A DNA stretch of 64,000 bases from Rhodothermales bacterium (GCA_951812585.1 OX638318.1:2795978-2859977); one strand, 5' to 3'; numbered from the stretch's first letter, positions 18,773 to 29,158 are shown. A program made the numbers and translations. Notes: generated from the sequence alone by a model not told the origin.

Positions 18773-19105
18773 AACCTGGGATTATATTCGTTATGGTGCA
18801 AAATCCCACCTTACATGGTAAGGAAATGATAAGGCTTCTTGGCCAAAATATCAAGCATCATGCCCGTAATGCCACAGAAACGCGCTCTAAGTGCCCCGGT
18901 AGTCGCAGCTATCTGTTACCACTCCCGCATGGCGCATCGCGCTGTGTGGTTTTATGGCAATTCAAAACCCTGGTGAGCGACGCGGGCTAGTGGTCAGCGC
19001 AAACCGTGATTGCCCACCGCTCATGGTCATGGCAGTCGGTCAGCCGGAGCAGAGGAACGCGTGACTGGTATTACCGTCTATGCGCCGGTCGCTGCCCGGT
19101 GAACC

Positions 19106-20380
19106 CTAATCGCCAATGCCGGCCATGGCTGCTTCGCGCGCCAGGGTGCGCGCGAAAGCGTTCTCATCGCGACGCACAACAAAGGACGTAAGGGCATCGT
19201 TGAGCGCCTGCTGAAAGGCTGCCGGTGCGGCGGAGCCGTGGATAACAGTGGGCACCAATACGCCACTTGCATAGGTGTCCATGGCCCAGTTGAGGTAGGG
19301 GCCGAACCGCGTGCGGTCGCAGTCCGTGCGTGCACAAATCGCGCCCTTCTGCAGGTTAAAGTCCTCCTGCACCACGCGTTGTCCCATAATGCGCAGCATC
19401 TCCCGCGTCTCTTTGGGATTGGGCGCGCCACGGGCAAGCGTAAATCCATCAGATACGAGAAGATAGGTTCCCTCACTTCCCGGATGTGCGACCCACCCGA
19501 AGTCTACATCGTCCTCCAGATTGGCCTGCACGAACTCGCCGTAGACCCAGTCTCCCATGGAATACATCGCGCAGCTGCCCTGAATAAGCTTGTCCACCGC
19601 CTGATCCCAGGATAAGGCCGCGTGGTCCTTGTTGAGATAGTCCAGAAGCCGGGCGTAGGTGGCGATGGCCTGCCGCACATCGGCATCGGTAAACTGCGTG
19701 GAGCCATCCCAGAGCCCCAGGTAGCGTTCCGCGCCAATGACGCCCACAAGGGTATTCTCGAACATGATGCCCGTGGCCCAGATGCCAGAATCTCCCATGC
19801 AAAGGGGCGTTACCCCCTGGCGCTGCAGGTCGTCGGCGATGGCAAAGAGTGCCTCATGCGTGAGTGCGGTGCCGATCTCAATGCCGTGCTGTTGCAAGAG
19901 CGGCTTGTTATACCAGAGCGTGTTGCTGCGGTGCAGGTTGAGGATCACCAGGTAGGGTTCGCCCTGTGCACGCACCATGTTCAGGAGCGCGTCCGGAAAT
20001 ACCTCGAACCAACCTTCCTCTTCATAGAGGTCCGTAAGCGGTGCAGCAAAGCCGGGTGCGACGTACTGCTCCAGGACCTCCGTGCCGGGATGGGTTTGCC
20101 ATGTGTCCGGGGGATTGCCTCCAACGAGGCGTGTCTGAAGCACCGGGCGGGCGGCGGAGCCGCCGCCCCCAGCGATGGAAGCGTTGATGACAGCGGTTTC
20201 TGGGAAGGTCCGGCGATAAGCGGAAAAGACTGTTTCCAGCGCCGCGGCCTCGCTGCCGGAAGTCCACCACGAGAACACTTCCACGGTGCTCTCAGAGGAC
20301 TGGTTCTGGCTGCCTGCCCCGCAGGAAGCGACCACGAATGCTATGAGTGCCCAGAGCGGAGCCGCACAAGTGCTGTTCAT
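19106..20380 (-). CDS. Sugar ABC transporter substrate-binding lipoprotein (glucose/mannose GtsA-like)
   Basis: Lipobox VVASC; motifs VEVFSWWTSGSEAAAL, GNPPDTWQ, HRSNTLWYN and MGDW. Confidence 0.9.
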   Translation of the reverse strand: MNSTCAAPLWALIAFVVASCGAGSQNQSSESTVEVFSWWTSGSEAAALETVFSAYRRTFPETAVINASIAGGGGSAARPVLQTRLVGGNPPDTWQTHPGTEVLEQYVAPGFAAPLTDLYEEEGWFEVFPDALLNMVRAQGEPYLVILNLHRSNTLWYNKPLLQQHGIEIGTALTHEALFAIADDLQRQGVTPLCMGDSGIWATGIMFENTLVGVIGAERYLGLWDGSTQFTDADVRQAIATYARLLDYLNKDHAALSWDQAVDKLIQGSCAMYSMGDWVYGEFVQANLEDDVDFGWVAHPGSEGTYLLVSDGFTLARGAPNPKETREMLRIMGQRVVQEDFNLQKGAICARTDCDRTRFGPYLNWAMDTYASGVLVPTVIHGSAAPAAFQQALNDALTSFVVRRDENAFARTLAREAAMAGIGD

Positions 20381-20394
20381 AGAATTGCCGAAGG

Positions 20395-21867
20395 CTATAG
20401 CCATGAAGACCGCGTGGGGCCCAGATGAAGCTGGACCGTCTTGAGTTCAGTGAATTCGTCCACGGAGAACCGGCCCAGTTCCCGTCCCAGACCGCTGTCC
20501 CGATATCCGCCGAAGGGGAGCTCCGGATAGCCGTCCATGAAGCAGTTGATCCAAATCGTGCCCGCGCGCACCGCGCGGCTGACCTCGAAGGCTGTACCTA
20601 CATCCCGTGTCCACACGCCTGCGCTCAGGCCGTACAACGTGTCGTTGGCAAGCTGAACAGCTTCGTCGACCGTGTCAAACGGTATCACCGACAACACGGG
20701 GCCGAAGATTTCATCGCGTGCAACCGCCATGTCAGGCGCCACATCGCCGAGCACTGTGGCTTCAAAAAAGCGCCCGCTTGCAGTGCTTATGGGCTGACCG
20801 CCAAGCAGCAGATTTGCGCCATCCTTAAGGCCTGATGCTACGTATCGCTCAATCTTGTCGAGGTGTGCCTGGCTGATTATCGCGCCCACCTTGGTAGATG
20901 TCTCCAGCGGATCGCCGATGCGGATTGTGCGCGCCAGCGCCACGATCTGTTCAGTAAACGTGTCTGCGATGCTCCGCTGTACCAGTAATCGGCTGCCGCT
21001 GTTGCAGCACTCCCCCATGTTGAAGTACACGCCGAACACCACGGCATCGAGCGCCGCGTCCAGATCGGCATCTGCAAAAACGATGTGCGGGTTTTTGCCG
21101 CCAAGCTCCAAAGAAACCCTTTTCAAGTTCGCCCCCGCGCGCGCGGCTACGATCCGCCCTACGCGCGTAGAGCCGGTGAAGGACAGCGCATCCACATCCG
21201 CGTGTTCGGCTATGGCCTGACCCACCGGTGTTCCAAAGCCCGTAACGACATTGACCACGCCCGGAGGCACGCCCGCTTCATGCAGGATGGTGCTGAGCGC
21301 CAGCGTGGTGCCCGGGGTGAGTTCGCTCGGTTTGATCACGGCCGTGCAGCCCGCCGCCAGTGCAAACGGCAGCTTCTGACTGATGACGAGGAGTGGAAAA
21401 TTCCACGGCGTAATCATGCCCACCACGCCTGTCGGCTCGCGCAGCACCATGCCGAGCTTATCTCGGCCTAGCGTGTTGTACGTGTCGCCGCGCGTATGGC
21501 GGCAGAGCGTGCTGGCGTACTCCCAGAGGTCTACTGCAGCGGCTATTTCGCCATAGGCCTGCGTGATGGGTTTGCCGCTTTCCATCACCTCCAGGCGGGC
21601 CAGCGATGCTTTGTCGGCCCTTATGCGCTGCGCAACATCATGCAGGAGGCGGGCCCGCCGCCTGCCAGGAAGCATCGCCCAGTCTCCCTGATCGAACGCG
21701 GCGCGCGCCGCTGCGACCGCGGCGTCCACATCGGCAGCCTGCCCGCGCACGTAGGTGGCCACCGGGCTGTCGTGCGCCGGGCTGACGGTTGTAAAGCACT
21801 TCGCGTCCTGTGCGCCTATCTGGCGCCCCCCGATCCACATGCGCTGCACTCCGGTCGTATACGGCAT
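20395..21867 (-). CDS. Aldehyde dehydrogenase (betaine-aldehyde/sorbosone dehydrogenase-like)
   Basis: Motifs ITPWNFP, FTGSTRVG, LELGGKNP, catalytic Cys in GECCNSG, and EIFGPV. Confidence 0.92.
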   Translation of the reverse strand: MPYTTGVQRMWIGGRQIGAQDAKCFTTVSPAHDSPVATYVRGQAADVDAAVAAARAAFDQGDWAMLPGRRRARLLHDVAQRIRADKASLARLEVMESGKPITQAYGEIAAAVDLWEYASTLCRHTRGDTYNTLGRDKLGMVLREPTGVVGMITPWNFPLLVISQKLPFALAAGCTAVIKPSELTPGTTLALSTILHEAGVPPGVVNVVTGFGTPVGQAIAEHADVDALSFTGSTRVGRIVAARAGANLKRVSLELGGKNPHIVFADADLDAALDAVVFGVYFNMGECCNSGSRLLVQRSIADTFTEQIVALARTIRIGDPLETSTKVGAIISQAHLDKIERYVASGLKDGANLLLGGQPISTASGRFFEATVLGDVAPDMAVARDEIFGPVLSVIPFDTVDEAVQLANDTLYGLSAGVWTRDVGTAFEVSRAVRAGTIWINCFMDGYPELPFGGYRDSGLGRELGRFSVDEFTELKTVQLHLGPTRSSWL

Positions 21868-21870
21868 GGT

Positions 21871-23457
21871 TCAGCTATCAGCAAGGATCATGTCGGCGGC
21901 TTTCTCGCCGATCATGATCGAGGTGGCTTGCGTGTTGCCGCTGATGAGGCGCGGCATAATAGAAGCATCGGCTACGCGCAGGCTGCGCAGGCCGCGTACT
22001 CTGAGCTGCGGATCTACCACAGCCGCCTCGTGCACGCCCATGGTGCAGGATCCAACAGGGTGATAGTCATTCTTGGACCAAGTGCGGATATAGGCTGCGA
22101 TGTCGTCGTCAGACTGCACTGCGGAGCCGGGCAAGAGCTCCGAAGCAATATAGGGCCTGAACGACGGGGCCTGAAGGATGCGGCGACCCCACCGAAAACC
22201 CTCCATGGACACATGCAGGTCATAGGGGTCGTCTAGGAAGTTGGGGTCGATGGCGGGAGGCACGGACGGGTCAGCGCTGCGCAAGGTCACCGACCCGATG
22301 CTCCGCGGCCTGAGGTTGCAGGTGTTGATGGTGATACCGTGGCCTTTAATGCGCATTCGCCCATGGTCGATCACAAACGCAGGCAAACAATGAATCTGGA
22401 TATCGGGCGAGCGCACCTCGGGCGCGGACTTCAGAAAGCACCCTGCTTCAGCGACGCAAGCCGTCACCGGTCCGGTTTTGTAGAGCAGGTACTGGAAGCC
22501 GTGGCGCACGGCGCGGTCCCAACGGTCCTGCCCGTTGTAGCTCACCGGTTGACTGACCCGCGCCGCAAGGTACACATCCATGTGGTCCTGGAAGTTCTTG
22601 CCGACTCCCGGCAAGGCGTGCTTGACCACGATGCCGTGTGAAAGGAGCTCGTCCGGCGGCCCAACGCCTGACAGCAAAAGCAGCTTAGGCGAATTCACAG
22701 CGCCGCCACACAAGACGACCTCGCGGTCCGCGTAGGCCCGGTGCATCTGGCCGCTTTTGGAGGCGTACTCGATGCCTGCGGCGCAGCTGCCCTCAAACAG
22801 CACACAGGTGGCTAGGGCGCGGGTCCGTACGGTGAGGTTGGCGCTTCGTTCCTTCAGGAACGCCGTAGCTGCACTTTCACGGCGGACGTTGCGCTGCGTA
22901 ACCTGGTAGAAGCTGACGCCCGCCTGCTGCGCGCCGTTGAGGTCGGGGTTGTACGGTATGCCGACTTCCTGTGCCGCGCGAACGAATACTTTGCTTAGCG
23001 GATTATGCTGCGTCTGATCTGCCACGTTCAGGAGGCCTCCCTGACCATGGTACGGGTCGACGAAGCGCTCGTTGTTTTCGCTCCGTTTGAAGTACGGCAA
23101 TACATCCGAATAGCTCCAGCCCGCGCAGCCCAACGCGCTCCATTCATCGAAGTCCAGGCGGTGCCCCCGGATATAGATCATCGCGTTGATGGAGGTACTT
23201 CCGCCCAGCGTCCGGCCTTGGGGATAGTGCATCTCACGCTGATTTACCTGCGCTTGCGGCACCGTTTTGAAGCCCCAGTTGACATTCTTTCCCGTGAGCT
23301 TGGTGAAGCCTGCGGGCATGTGAATGAGCGGCGAAGTGTCTTTGCCGCCGGCCTCGAGGAGCAGCACGCGCGCGTGTTCACTCAGACGCCGCGCAACGAC
23401 GCATCCTGCTGCACCTGCGCCGACAACCACATAATCAAAGGACTCCGTGCGCGGCAT
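21871..23457 (-). CDS. GMC oxidoreductase (choline/sorbose dehydrogenase-like)
   Basis: Motifs VVGAGAAG, LGGSTSINAMIYIRG, GAVNSPKLLLLSG, YHPVGSC and SGNT. Confidence 0.92.
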   Translation of the reverse strand: MPRTESFDYVVVGAGAAGCVVARRLSEHARVLLLEAGGKDTSPLIHMPAGFTKLTGKNVNWGFKTVPQAQVNQREMHYPQGRTLGGSTSINAMIYIRGHRLDFDEWSALGCAGWSYSDVLPYFKRSENNERFVDPYHGQGGLLNVADQTQHNPLSKVFVRAAQEVGIPYNPDLNGAQQAGVSFYQVTQRNVRRESAATAFLKERSANLTVRTRALATCVLFEGSCAAGIEYASKSGQMHRAYADREVVLCGGAVNSPKLLLLSGVGPPDELLSHGIVVKHALPGVGKNFQDHMDVYLAARVSQPVSYNGQDRWDRAVRHGFQYLLYKTGPVTACVAEAGCFLKSAPEVRSPDIQIHCLPAFVIDHGRMRIKGHGITINTCNLRPRSIGSVTLRSADPSVPPAIDPNFLDDPYDLHVSMEGFRWGRRILQAPSFRPYIASELLPGSAVQSDDDIAAYIRTWSKNDYHPVGSCTMGVHEAAVVDPQLRVRGLRSLRVADASIMPRLISGNTQATSIMIGEKAADMILADS

Positions 23458-24210
23458 CTATGCACCCTTGAAGATTCCTGGACGTCGTTCCCTGAAACTC
23501 GCCAGGCCTTCCTGCGCGTCTTCAGTAAAGGCGGCCACCGTGCTTGCCATCGCCTCTCGTGTATCCCCGTTCAGGCAAGCTTTGGCCAGCTGCACCGCCA
23601 CGGGCGCTTGCGCCGCGATCTGCGCGGCGACGGCAGCGGCTTCGCCCTGGAGCTGATCGGATGCCGCAACCCGGTTGACTAGGCCCCAGCGGCATGCAGT
23701 ATCCGCGTCGATGCGCCGACCGGTAAATATCAGCTCCTTGGCGCGTGCAGCTCCTACAGACGCAGAAAGGCGCGTGGTGCCGCCCCAGCCTGGCACCGTC
23801 GCGATTGCTGCTTCGGGCATGGCGAACTGCGCGGATGCTGCCGCAATCCTGATATCGGCTGTCAGCGCAAGCTCTAGCCCGCCGCCGAAGGCAAACCCGT
23901 TGATGGCGGCGATCAGCGGCACGCGGAGCCCAGCCAGGCGGTCCATGATGCGATGCCCTTCCCGGATCCACTGGCGCCACATGTCCAGCGGCTGAAGCGC
24001 CGTCCACGCGTGTATGTCGGCGCCCACGCAGAATGCCCGTGTGCCCGCACCCGTCAGGATGGCAACCCGCACGTCAGTGTGGTGATCTATAGACGCGGCG
24101 GCCGCTTCCAGCCCCCGAAGCAACGTGGGGTCGATGGCGTTGAGTTTTTCCGGGCGCTGCAACGTAATGCGTGCGATCGCCCCTTCGATGTTGAGGTCAA
24201 TCTTTTCCAT
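23458..24210 (-). CDS. Enoyl-CoA hydratase/isomerase family protein
   Basis: Motifs RPEKLNA, AFCVGADI, GGGLELAL and PEAAI..PGWGG. Confidence 0.9.
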   Translation of the reverse strand: MEKIDLNIEGAIARITLQRPEKLNAIDPTLLRGLEAAAASIDHHTDVRVAILTGAGTRAFCVGADIHAWTALQPLDMWRQWIREGHRIMDRLAGLRVPLIAAINGFAFGGGLELALTADIRIAAASAQFAMPEAAIATVPGWGGTTRLSASVGAARAKELIFTGRRIDADTACRWGLVNRVAASDQLQGEAAAVAAQIAAQAPVAVQLAKACLNGDTREAMASTVAAFTEDAQEGLASFRERRPGIFKGA

Positions 24211-25780
24211 TCAGCTTAAGTCCCATGGGTACATCGTTGAAGAGGCGCGCGTCCATAGTGGTCAGGTGTGGGCTTACGCGAAGACGCACGCGGGTCTGCG
24301 CGAGCACATCTCGTGCCAGATCGACCCCCGGCGCAATCTCGGTTACCGTAAGGCCCTCTGGCCGCAGCACCATCACACATCGCTCGGTGATATAGGTCAC
24401 CTTTTGGCCCTGGCGCAGTGCGCGCGGGCCGCTGAAGGTGACATGCTCCACCCGCGGTACGACCTTCTGCACGGCGCCTTCCCGTTCAATGAGCAGCTGC
24501 CCGTCTCTGATTCCTAGGCGCAGGCCCGCAGCGGTGAAGTAGCCCACAAAGATGATGCGCTGTGCGTTGGCGGTGATGTCTATGAACCCGCCTACGCCCG
24601 CGGTGAGATGGGGCCGCGCTTTGAGGCGGGACACGTTGACGTTGCCTTCTGCATCAATCTCCAAAAAGGACAAAAGGCTCTTGTCAAAGCCGCCGCCGTG
24701 AAAGTAGGTGAACTGATCCGGCGACGCCATGATGGCCTGTGCCCCGGCGGCGCATCCGAACTGAAAATCCAAGAGTGGCATGCCCCCGACCGCGCCCTGT
24801 TCAATGATCCAGGTGACTTTGGAGGCGCAGCCTTCTTCAAGTAGGATTCGCGGCACCAGCGCAGAGATGCCGAAGCCCAGGTTTACGGCATCGCCTGCCT
24901 CCAGCGCGCAGGCGGCCCGGCGGGCCAGCGGCTTGGATACGCCCCACGGCATAAGCGCAAAGCTGCTTTGAATTGGGCGATACTCGCCGCTGATGGCTGG
25001 GTCATAGTGCGTTTCTGTGGTTTGCATCTGCGCCGGGTCCACAACGACATGGTCCACCACTACGCTGGGCACACGCACCTGCTGCGCCGGCAGCGAGCCA
25101 GCCGCGGCCAGGCGCTTGACTTGTACAATAACGAGCCCGCCGTTGTTGTGCGCCGCCAGCGCCTGGTCATAAATCCCCAGGAATCCGCCCTCATGCTCGG
25201 TCGTGATGTTGCCGTCTGCATCGGCGGTCGTCCCGCGAATCAGCGCGACATCGACCGGGATGGCGGGAAAGTACAACCAATCCTGGCCATCGAAGTGCAC
25301 CCGGCGCACGATATCGGTCGTGGTGCAGGCATTCATGCGTCCGCCGAGCAGTGCAGGGTCCACAAAGGTGTCCATGCCTACTTTGGTGAGCACGCCCGGG
25401 CGTTTGGCGGCACTTTCCCGATGCATGTGGTAGAGGATCCCGCTGGGTAGGTTGTACGCTTCCACACGGTTTTCGCAGATCATTCGCCAGATTGCCGGGG
25501 GGCGCATGGCGGAGGGGCCGCTCGGAAACGACCCCGCGATGGTGCGCCTGAGCAGGCCGTCCTGGGCTAGGTGATCGATCCCGGCAATGCCATACATGTC
25601 CCCCGCGGCAATGGGATGCAGGCTGGTGATGCCGGCCGGGTGGCCCGTGGCCTTGAATCGGTCGCTGATCGCCTTCAGGAGGGCGTCGGGGCAGCCCAGT
25701 CCGCTGGAGGCGCTCACCGTCACCACCGCGCCGTCGGGCACCAGCGCAGCGGCATCTTGGAGGCTCAGCAGCTTACGCAT
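24197..25780 (-). CDS. Acyl-CoA:acetate/3-ketoacid CoA transferase (YdiF/Pct-like)
   Basis: Fused alpha/beta CoA transferase with TKVGMDTFVDP, VNLGFGI, catalytic EQG and YITERCV. Confidence 0.88.
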   Translation of the reverse strand: MRKLLSLQDAAALVPDGAVVTVSASSGLGCPDALLKAISDRFKATGHPAGITSLHPIAAGDMYGIAGIDHLAQDGLLRRTIAGSFPSGPSAMRPPAIWRMICENRVEAYNLPSGILYHMHRESAAKRPGVLTKVGMDTFVDPALLGGRMNACTTTDIVRRVHFDGQDWLYFPAIPVDVALIRGTTADADGNITTEHEGGFLGIYDQALAAHNNGGLVIVQVKRLAAAGSLPAQQVRVPSVVVDHVVVDPAQMQTTETHYDPAISGEYRPIQSSFALMPWGVSKPLARRAACALEAGDAVNLGFGISALVPRILLEEGCASKVTWIIEQGAVGGMPLLDFQFGCAAGAQAIMASPDQFTYFHGGGFDKSLLSFLEIDAEGNVNVSRLKARPHLTAGVGGFIDITANAQRIIFVGYFTAAGLRLGIRDGQLLIEREGAVQKVVPRVEHVTFSGPRALRQGQKVTYITERCVMVLRPEGLTVTEIAPGVDLARDVLAQTRVRLRVSPHLTTMDARLFNDVPMGLKLNGKD

Positions 25781-26786
25781 AGGACACGGTTATGTGCGTG
25801 CCTGCCTGCGCGGCCTTCAGTACGGCGAGTCCCACGGCCAAGCTGCGGATGCCGTCCTCGGCCGTTGCTGCGGGACTGCCACAGTTCTCCATGGCGCGAT
25901 GAAAGCAGCGCACTGCATGCGTGTAGAGGTCTTCGGGCGCGCTATCCAGGGCAACGGGATGCACCCGGCCCGCCTGCCGAAGCCGGATCTCTCCAACGGG
26001 CGCTTGCGTCATGACGCCTGTGGCGACGAGAGAGCCTTCGGTGCCATGGATTTCCAGGCCGGTGCCTGCATGGGCGACCGTGAAGGCGTCGTGAAACTGT
26101 GCCATGACGCCGCCTCTGAATTGCATCACACCCATCACAGCATCCTCGATGATGCCGGAGCCCAGCCCGGTCTGCGCCGTCATGGCTGTGACAGTCTCGA
26201 CCTCGTCTTGCAGCAGAAAGCGGAGCGTGTCCGTATCATGGACGGTGATATCCAGGACGACGCCTGCGCCTGTCGCGGGGTCGTTGATGCGCCACGTTCG
26301 AAGGTGTTCGGGCAGCGACACGGCATGGAAGACGCGGGCTGCCAAGGGCTTGCCAATGGTGCCGGACTGGATCATCCGCATCAGCGTGCGGTGGGTCGCC
26401 GCATTGCGCAGGTGATGATTGGTTCCCATGACAACCCCGGCATCACGACAGGCCTTGGCCATGGCGTGTGCATCCTGCAGCGAGAGCGCCAGGGGTTTTT
26501 CGCAGAGGACATGCTTGCCCGCGCCTGCGGCCGCCAGCGTTTCGCTGTAGTGCCGCTCGTTGGTCGTGCAGATATAGATGGCGTCCAGGTCGGCGTCACC
26601 TACGATGTCCTCAACCCGGTGATAGCTGCGCGGGATCTGGTGGGCCGCTGCAAAGGCCCGCGCCCGTTCTGGCGAGCGGCTCATGATGGCGGCCACGCGG
26701 CCATCGGGCTGCGCGTTGATGGCGCGTATCATGTATTGGCGCGCGATTGTCGCCGCACCGATGATGCCCCACTGTTTTGTTTTCAA
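25773..26786 (-). CDS. afr: Gfo/Idh/MocA oxidoreductase, 1,5-anhydro-D-fructose reductase-like
   Basis: Motifs WGIIGAATIA, CEKPLA, GTNHHLRNA and GVVLDITVHD. TTG start inferred at 26786 behind an AGGA. Confidence 0.75.
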   Translation of the reverse strand: MKTKQWGIIGAATIARQYMIRAINAQPDGRVAAIMSRSPERARAFAAAHQIPRSYHRVEDIVGDADLDAIYICTTNERHYSETLAAAGAGKHVLCEKPLALSLQDAHAMAKACRDAGVVMGTNHHLRNAATHRTLMRMIQSGTIGKPLAARVFHAVSLPEHLRTWRINDPATGAGVVLDITVHDTDTLRFLLQDEVETVTAMTAQTGLGSGIIEDAVMGVMQFRGGVMAQFHDAFTVAHAGTGLEIHGTEGSLVATGVMTQAPVGEIRLRQAGRVHPVALDSAPEDLYTHAVRCFHRAMENCGSPAATAEDGIRSLAVGLAVLKAAQAGTHITVSYA

Positions 26787-26895
26787 GGCGGTTTCCTGAT
26801 GGCTGCGGGCAAATATCCCAAAAAACGTGCACATTCTGCACTGTGCGGTTGATCCTACTCTGTGCAGCATGGTTGAATTGCCAAGAGGACTCGCT

Positions 26896-27636
26896 ATGAA
26901 GATTGCTGTTTGCATCAAGCAGACGCCGGACACGGAAGCGCGAATTCGCATTGGACCCGAGGGCATTGACGAAGCCGGGTTGACCTGGATCATCAGTCCG
27001 CACGATGAGTCGGCGGTTGAGCAGGCGCTGCAGCTGAAGGAGAGGCAGGGCGGGCATGTCACGGCGATTGCGCTGGGGCCAGGTCGCGTGGAAAGCGCCA
27101 TCCGTGAAGCACTGGCGATGGGCGCCGACAGTGGATTGCATCTGGCCTGCGATGTTATGCCGCACGACGCGGTGGTGATAGCCCGCGCGTTAGCCGAAGC
27201 CATTTCGCCTCGGGCGTTTGATCTGGTGCTCACCGGGGAGCAATCCATAGATCAGGCAGGATCGCAGGTGCCGCAGCGCCTGGCGGTAGCACTCCGGTGG
27301 CCCTGTGTGACCGCGGTGGAATCGCTGCAGGTTGTCGATGGCATCGTGCGAGCCCGGCGTCCGGTGGAGCAGGAAGAGGAGGCGGTGCAGTTTGCAGTGC
27401 CCGGGGTCGTGGGGATCAACCGCCGGATTGGAGAGCCGCGTTATCCGTCCTTCAGGGGGATCATGCAGGCCAGGCGCAAGACCATCGAAGTGGTGCGGGT
27501 GCAGCTTGGGGCCGGTCCCGAGATGGTGCAGCGCCTTCAGATCCCTGCGCCGAAGGCCGCGGGGCAGGTCCAAGAGTTTGGCAGCGGCATAGAGCGCGAG
27601 GTTGCAAACCTGCTGGCGGGCAAGGCCGCCGCATAG
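26896..27636 (+). CDS. etfB: Electron transfer flavoprotein beta subunit
   Basis: MKIAVCIKQTPDTE, EALAMGAD, GEQSID and PRYPSFRGIM. Confidence 0.9.
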   Translation: MKIAVCIKQTPDTEARIRIGPEGIDEAGLTWIISPHDESAVEQALQLKERQGGHVTAIALGPGRVESAIREALAMGADSGLHLACDVMPHDAVVIARALAEAISPRAFDLVLTGEQSIDQAGSQVPQRLAVALRWPCVTAVESLQVVDGIVRARRPVEQEEEAVQFAVPGVVGINRRIGEPRYPSFRGIMQARRKTIEVVRVQLGAGPEMVQRLQIPAPKAAGQVQEFGSGIEREVANLLAGKAAA

Positions 27637-27642
27637 TGGATC

Positions 27643-28548
27643 ATGCCGGAGATACTGGTCATCATAGCGGCAAGCGGCGACGCAACGGACGGCGCAGAAC
27701 GCTCTACCAGTCGGGAGGTCGCCCATGTGGCCCAGGACATTGCAAGTCAGATGGGCTGGCAGTGGGGGAAGGTGTTCGTCCCAACGGATTACATCGATGC
27801 GTGCGCCGAGGCGTTGGCACAGCACGCACAGAGCGCCAGGCTCCTGTTGATGGCGGCTACAGCCAAGGGCAAGGATCTGATGGCTCGCGTGGCTGGGCAC
27901 CTTGCGGCACCGCTGGCCCAGGATTGTGTGGGATATCGCGTGGATGTGAGCACGATAATCTTCCGGCGTCCCCTGTATGGGGGCAAACTGCTGGCGGATG
28001 TGCAGTATGCCGCGTCACCAGTGCTCGCGACCTTCCGGCCGCGGACGCAGCCGGCCTTAGGTGCAGCTGCAGATGTGTTGCAGCATGTGATTGGCCTTGC
28101 TCCCGAAGCGGATCCTCGCGTGCGCGTGGAGCGCCGCGAAGCGGAGACGGGAAGAGCGCTGGATGTTACCGAAGCGGCCATCGTGGTCAGCGGCGGGCGC
28201 GGCATGCAGGGGCCGGAGCACTGGCCTATCCTGGAGGAACTGGTAAGCGTCCTAGGCCCTAGGGCCACGTTGGCCTGTTCTCGTCCCGTGAGCGATGAGG
28301 GCTGGCGACCGCGGGCGGAGCATGTAGGCCAGACAGGCCGGTCGATTGCTCCCGATGTCTATGTGGCCGTCGGTATTTCGGGTGCCATTCAGCATGTGGC
28401 GGGCATTGCCGGTTCCCGGTGTATCATCGCCATCAACAAGGACGCAGCCGCACCGATCTTCGAGGTGGCGGACTACGGCATTGTAGGAGATCTGTTTGCG
28501 GTTGTGCCCGCGTTGACCAAGGCCATCCGGGTGCTTAAGGCGCGCTGA
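27643..28548 (+). CDS. etfA: Electron transfer flavoprotein alpha subunit
   Basis: VVSGGRG, VGQTG, VGISGAIQH and INKD..APIF. Confidence 0.92.
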   Translation: MPEILVIIAASGDATDGAERSTSREVAHVAQDIASQMGWQWGKVFVPTDYIDACAEALAQHAQSARLLLMAATAKGKDLMARVAGHLAAPLAQDCVGYRVDVSTIIFRRPLYGGKLLADVQYAASPVLATFRPRTQPALGAAADVLQHVIGLAPEADPRVRVERREAETGRALDVTEAAIVVSGGRGMQGPEHWPILEELVSVLGPRATLACSRPVSDEGWRPRAEHVGQTGRSIAPDVYVAVGISGAIQHVAGIAGSRCIIAINKDAAAPIFEVADYGIVGDLFAVVPALTKAIRVLKAR

Positions 28549-29158
28549 ACACGACTTTGCTGCCACGCTCCGGTCCGAGGAGGCGTTCGTAGTCTGCGAG
28601 GGTATCGATATCTGCAGTGCTCGCCGCAAGCGGCACGGCCACCAGGTGGGTCTCGTTACAGGAGATGATGTCGGCGCAGCCGTGCGGCGCGCGGCAAGCG
28701 AGGATTTCTTCGCGATACGTCCCTGCAAAGATCACTGGATGGCCGGGTTCGCCGTCATGCATGGCGCGTACGATAAGGCGCGCATCGAGCGGCAATGCCT
28801 GTTTGAATCGGCTGGTCAGCACCAACAGCTGGGTCGCGGTTAGTCCAGGCAGATCGCCGAGGCAAATCATCAAGCCGGTGGCCTCCCTGGAAGCTGCCCG
28901 TACGCCTGCTTGAACAGACGACGTTATTCCTTGCGCAAAGCGGGGGTTATGAATGAGGCGGACCGGCAGCGCAGCGAGCACGGCTGCAACCGAGACTGCT
29001 TCATATCCGGTGACGACAATCACCTCGTCTGCCTCGGCATGGCACACCTGCCGCACCACATGGGTGACGAGGGCCTCGCCGTTGCAGGGAAGCAGCAGTT
29101 TATTCGCTCGGCCTGTTCGCTCGGACATCCCGGCAGCCAGGACGATGGCACTGATCAT
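28535..29158 (-). CDS. MocA/MobA-like nucleotidyltransferase
   Basis: MISAIVLAAG, NKLLL, LGDLP, GHPVIF and DIDT. Confidence 0.85.
   Translation of the reverse strand: MISAIVLAAGMSERTGRANKLLLPCNGEALVTHVVRQVCHAEADEVIVVTGYEAVSVAAVLAALPVRLIHNPRFAQGITSSVQAGVRAASREATGLMICLGDLPGLTATQLLVLTSRFKQALPLDARLIVRAMHDGEPGHPVIFAGTYREEILACRAPHGCADIISCNETHLVAVPLAASTADIDTLADYERLLGPERGSKVVFSAP

Noticed and set aside
26787-27248. Long N-terminal extension of the Afr-like ORF
   Set aside because: It is antisense to etfB; the Rossmann motif begins near 26786.
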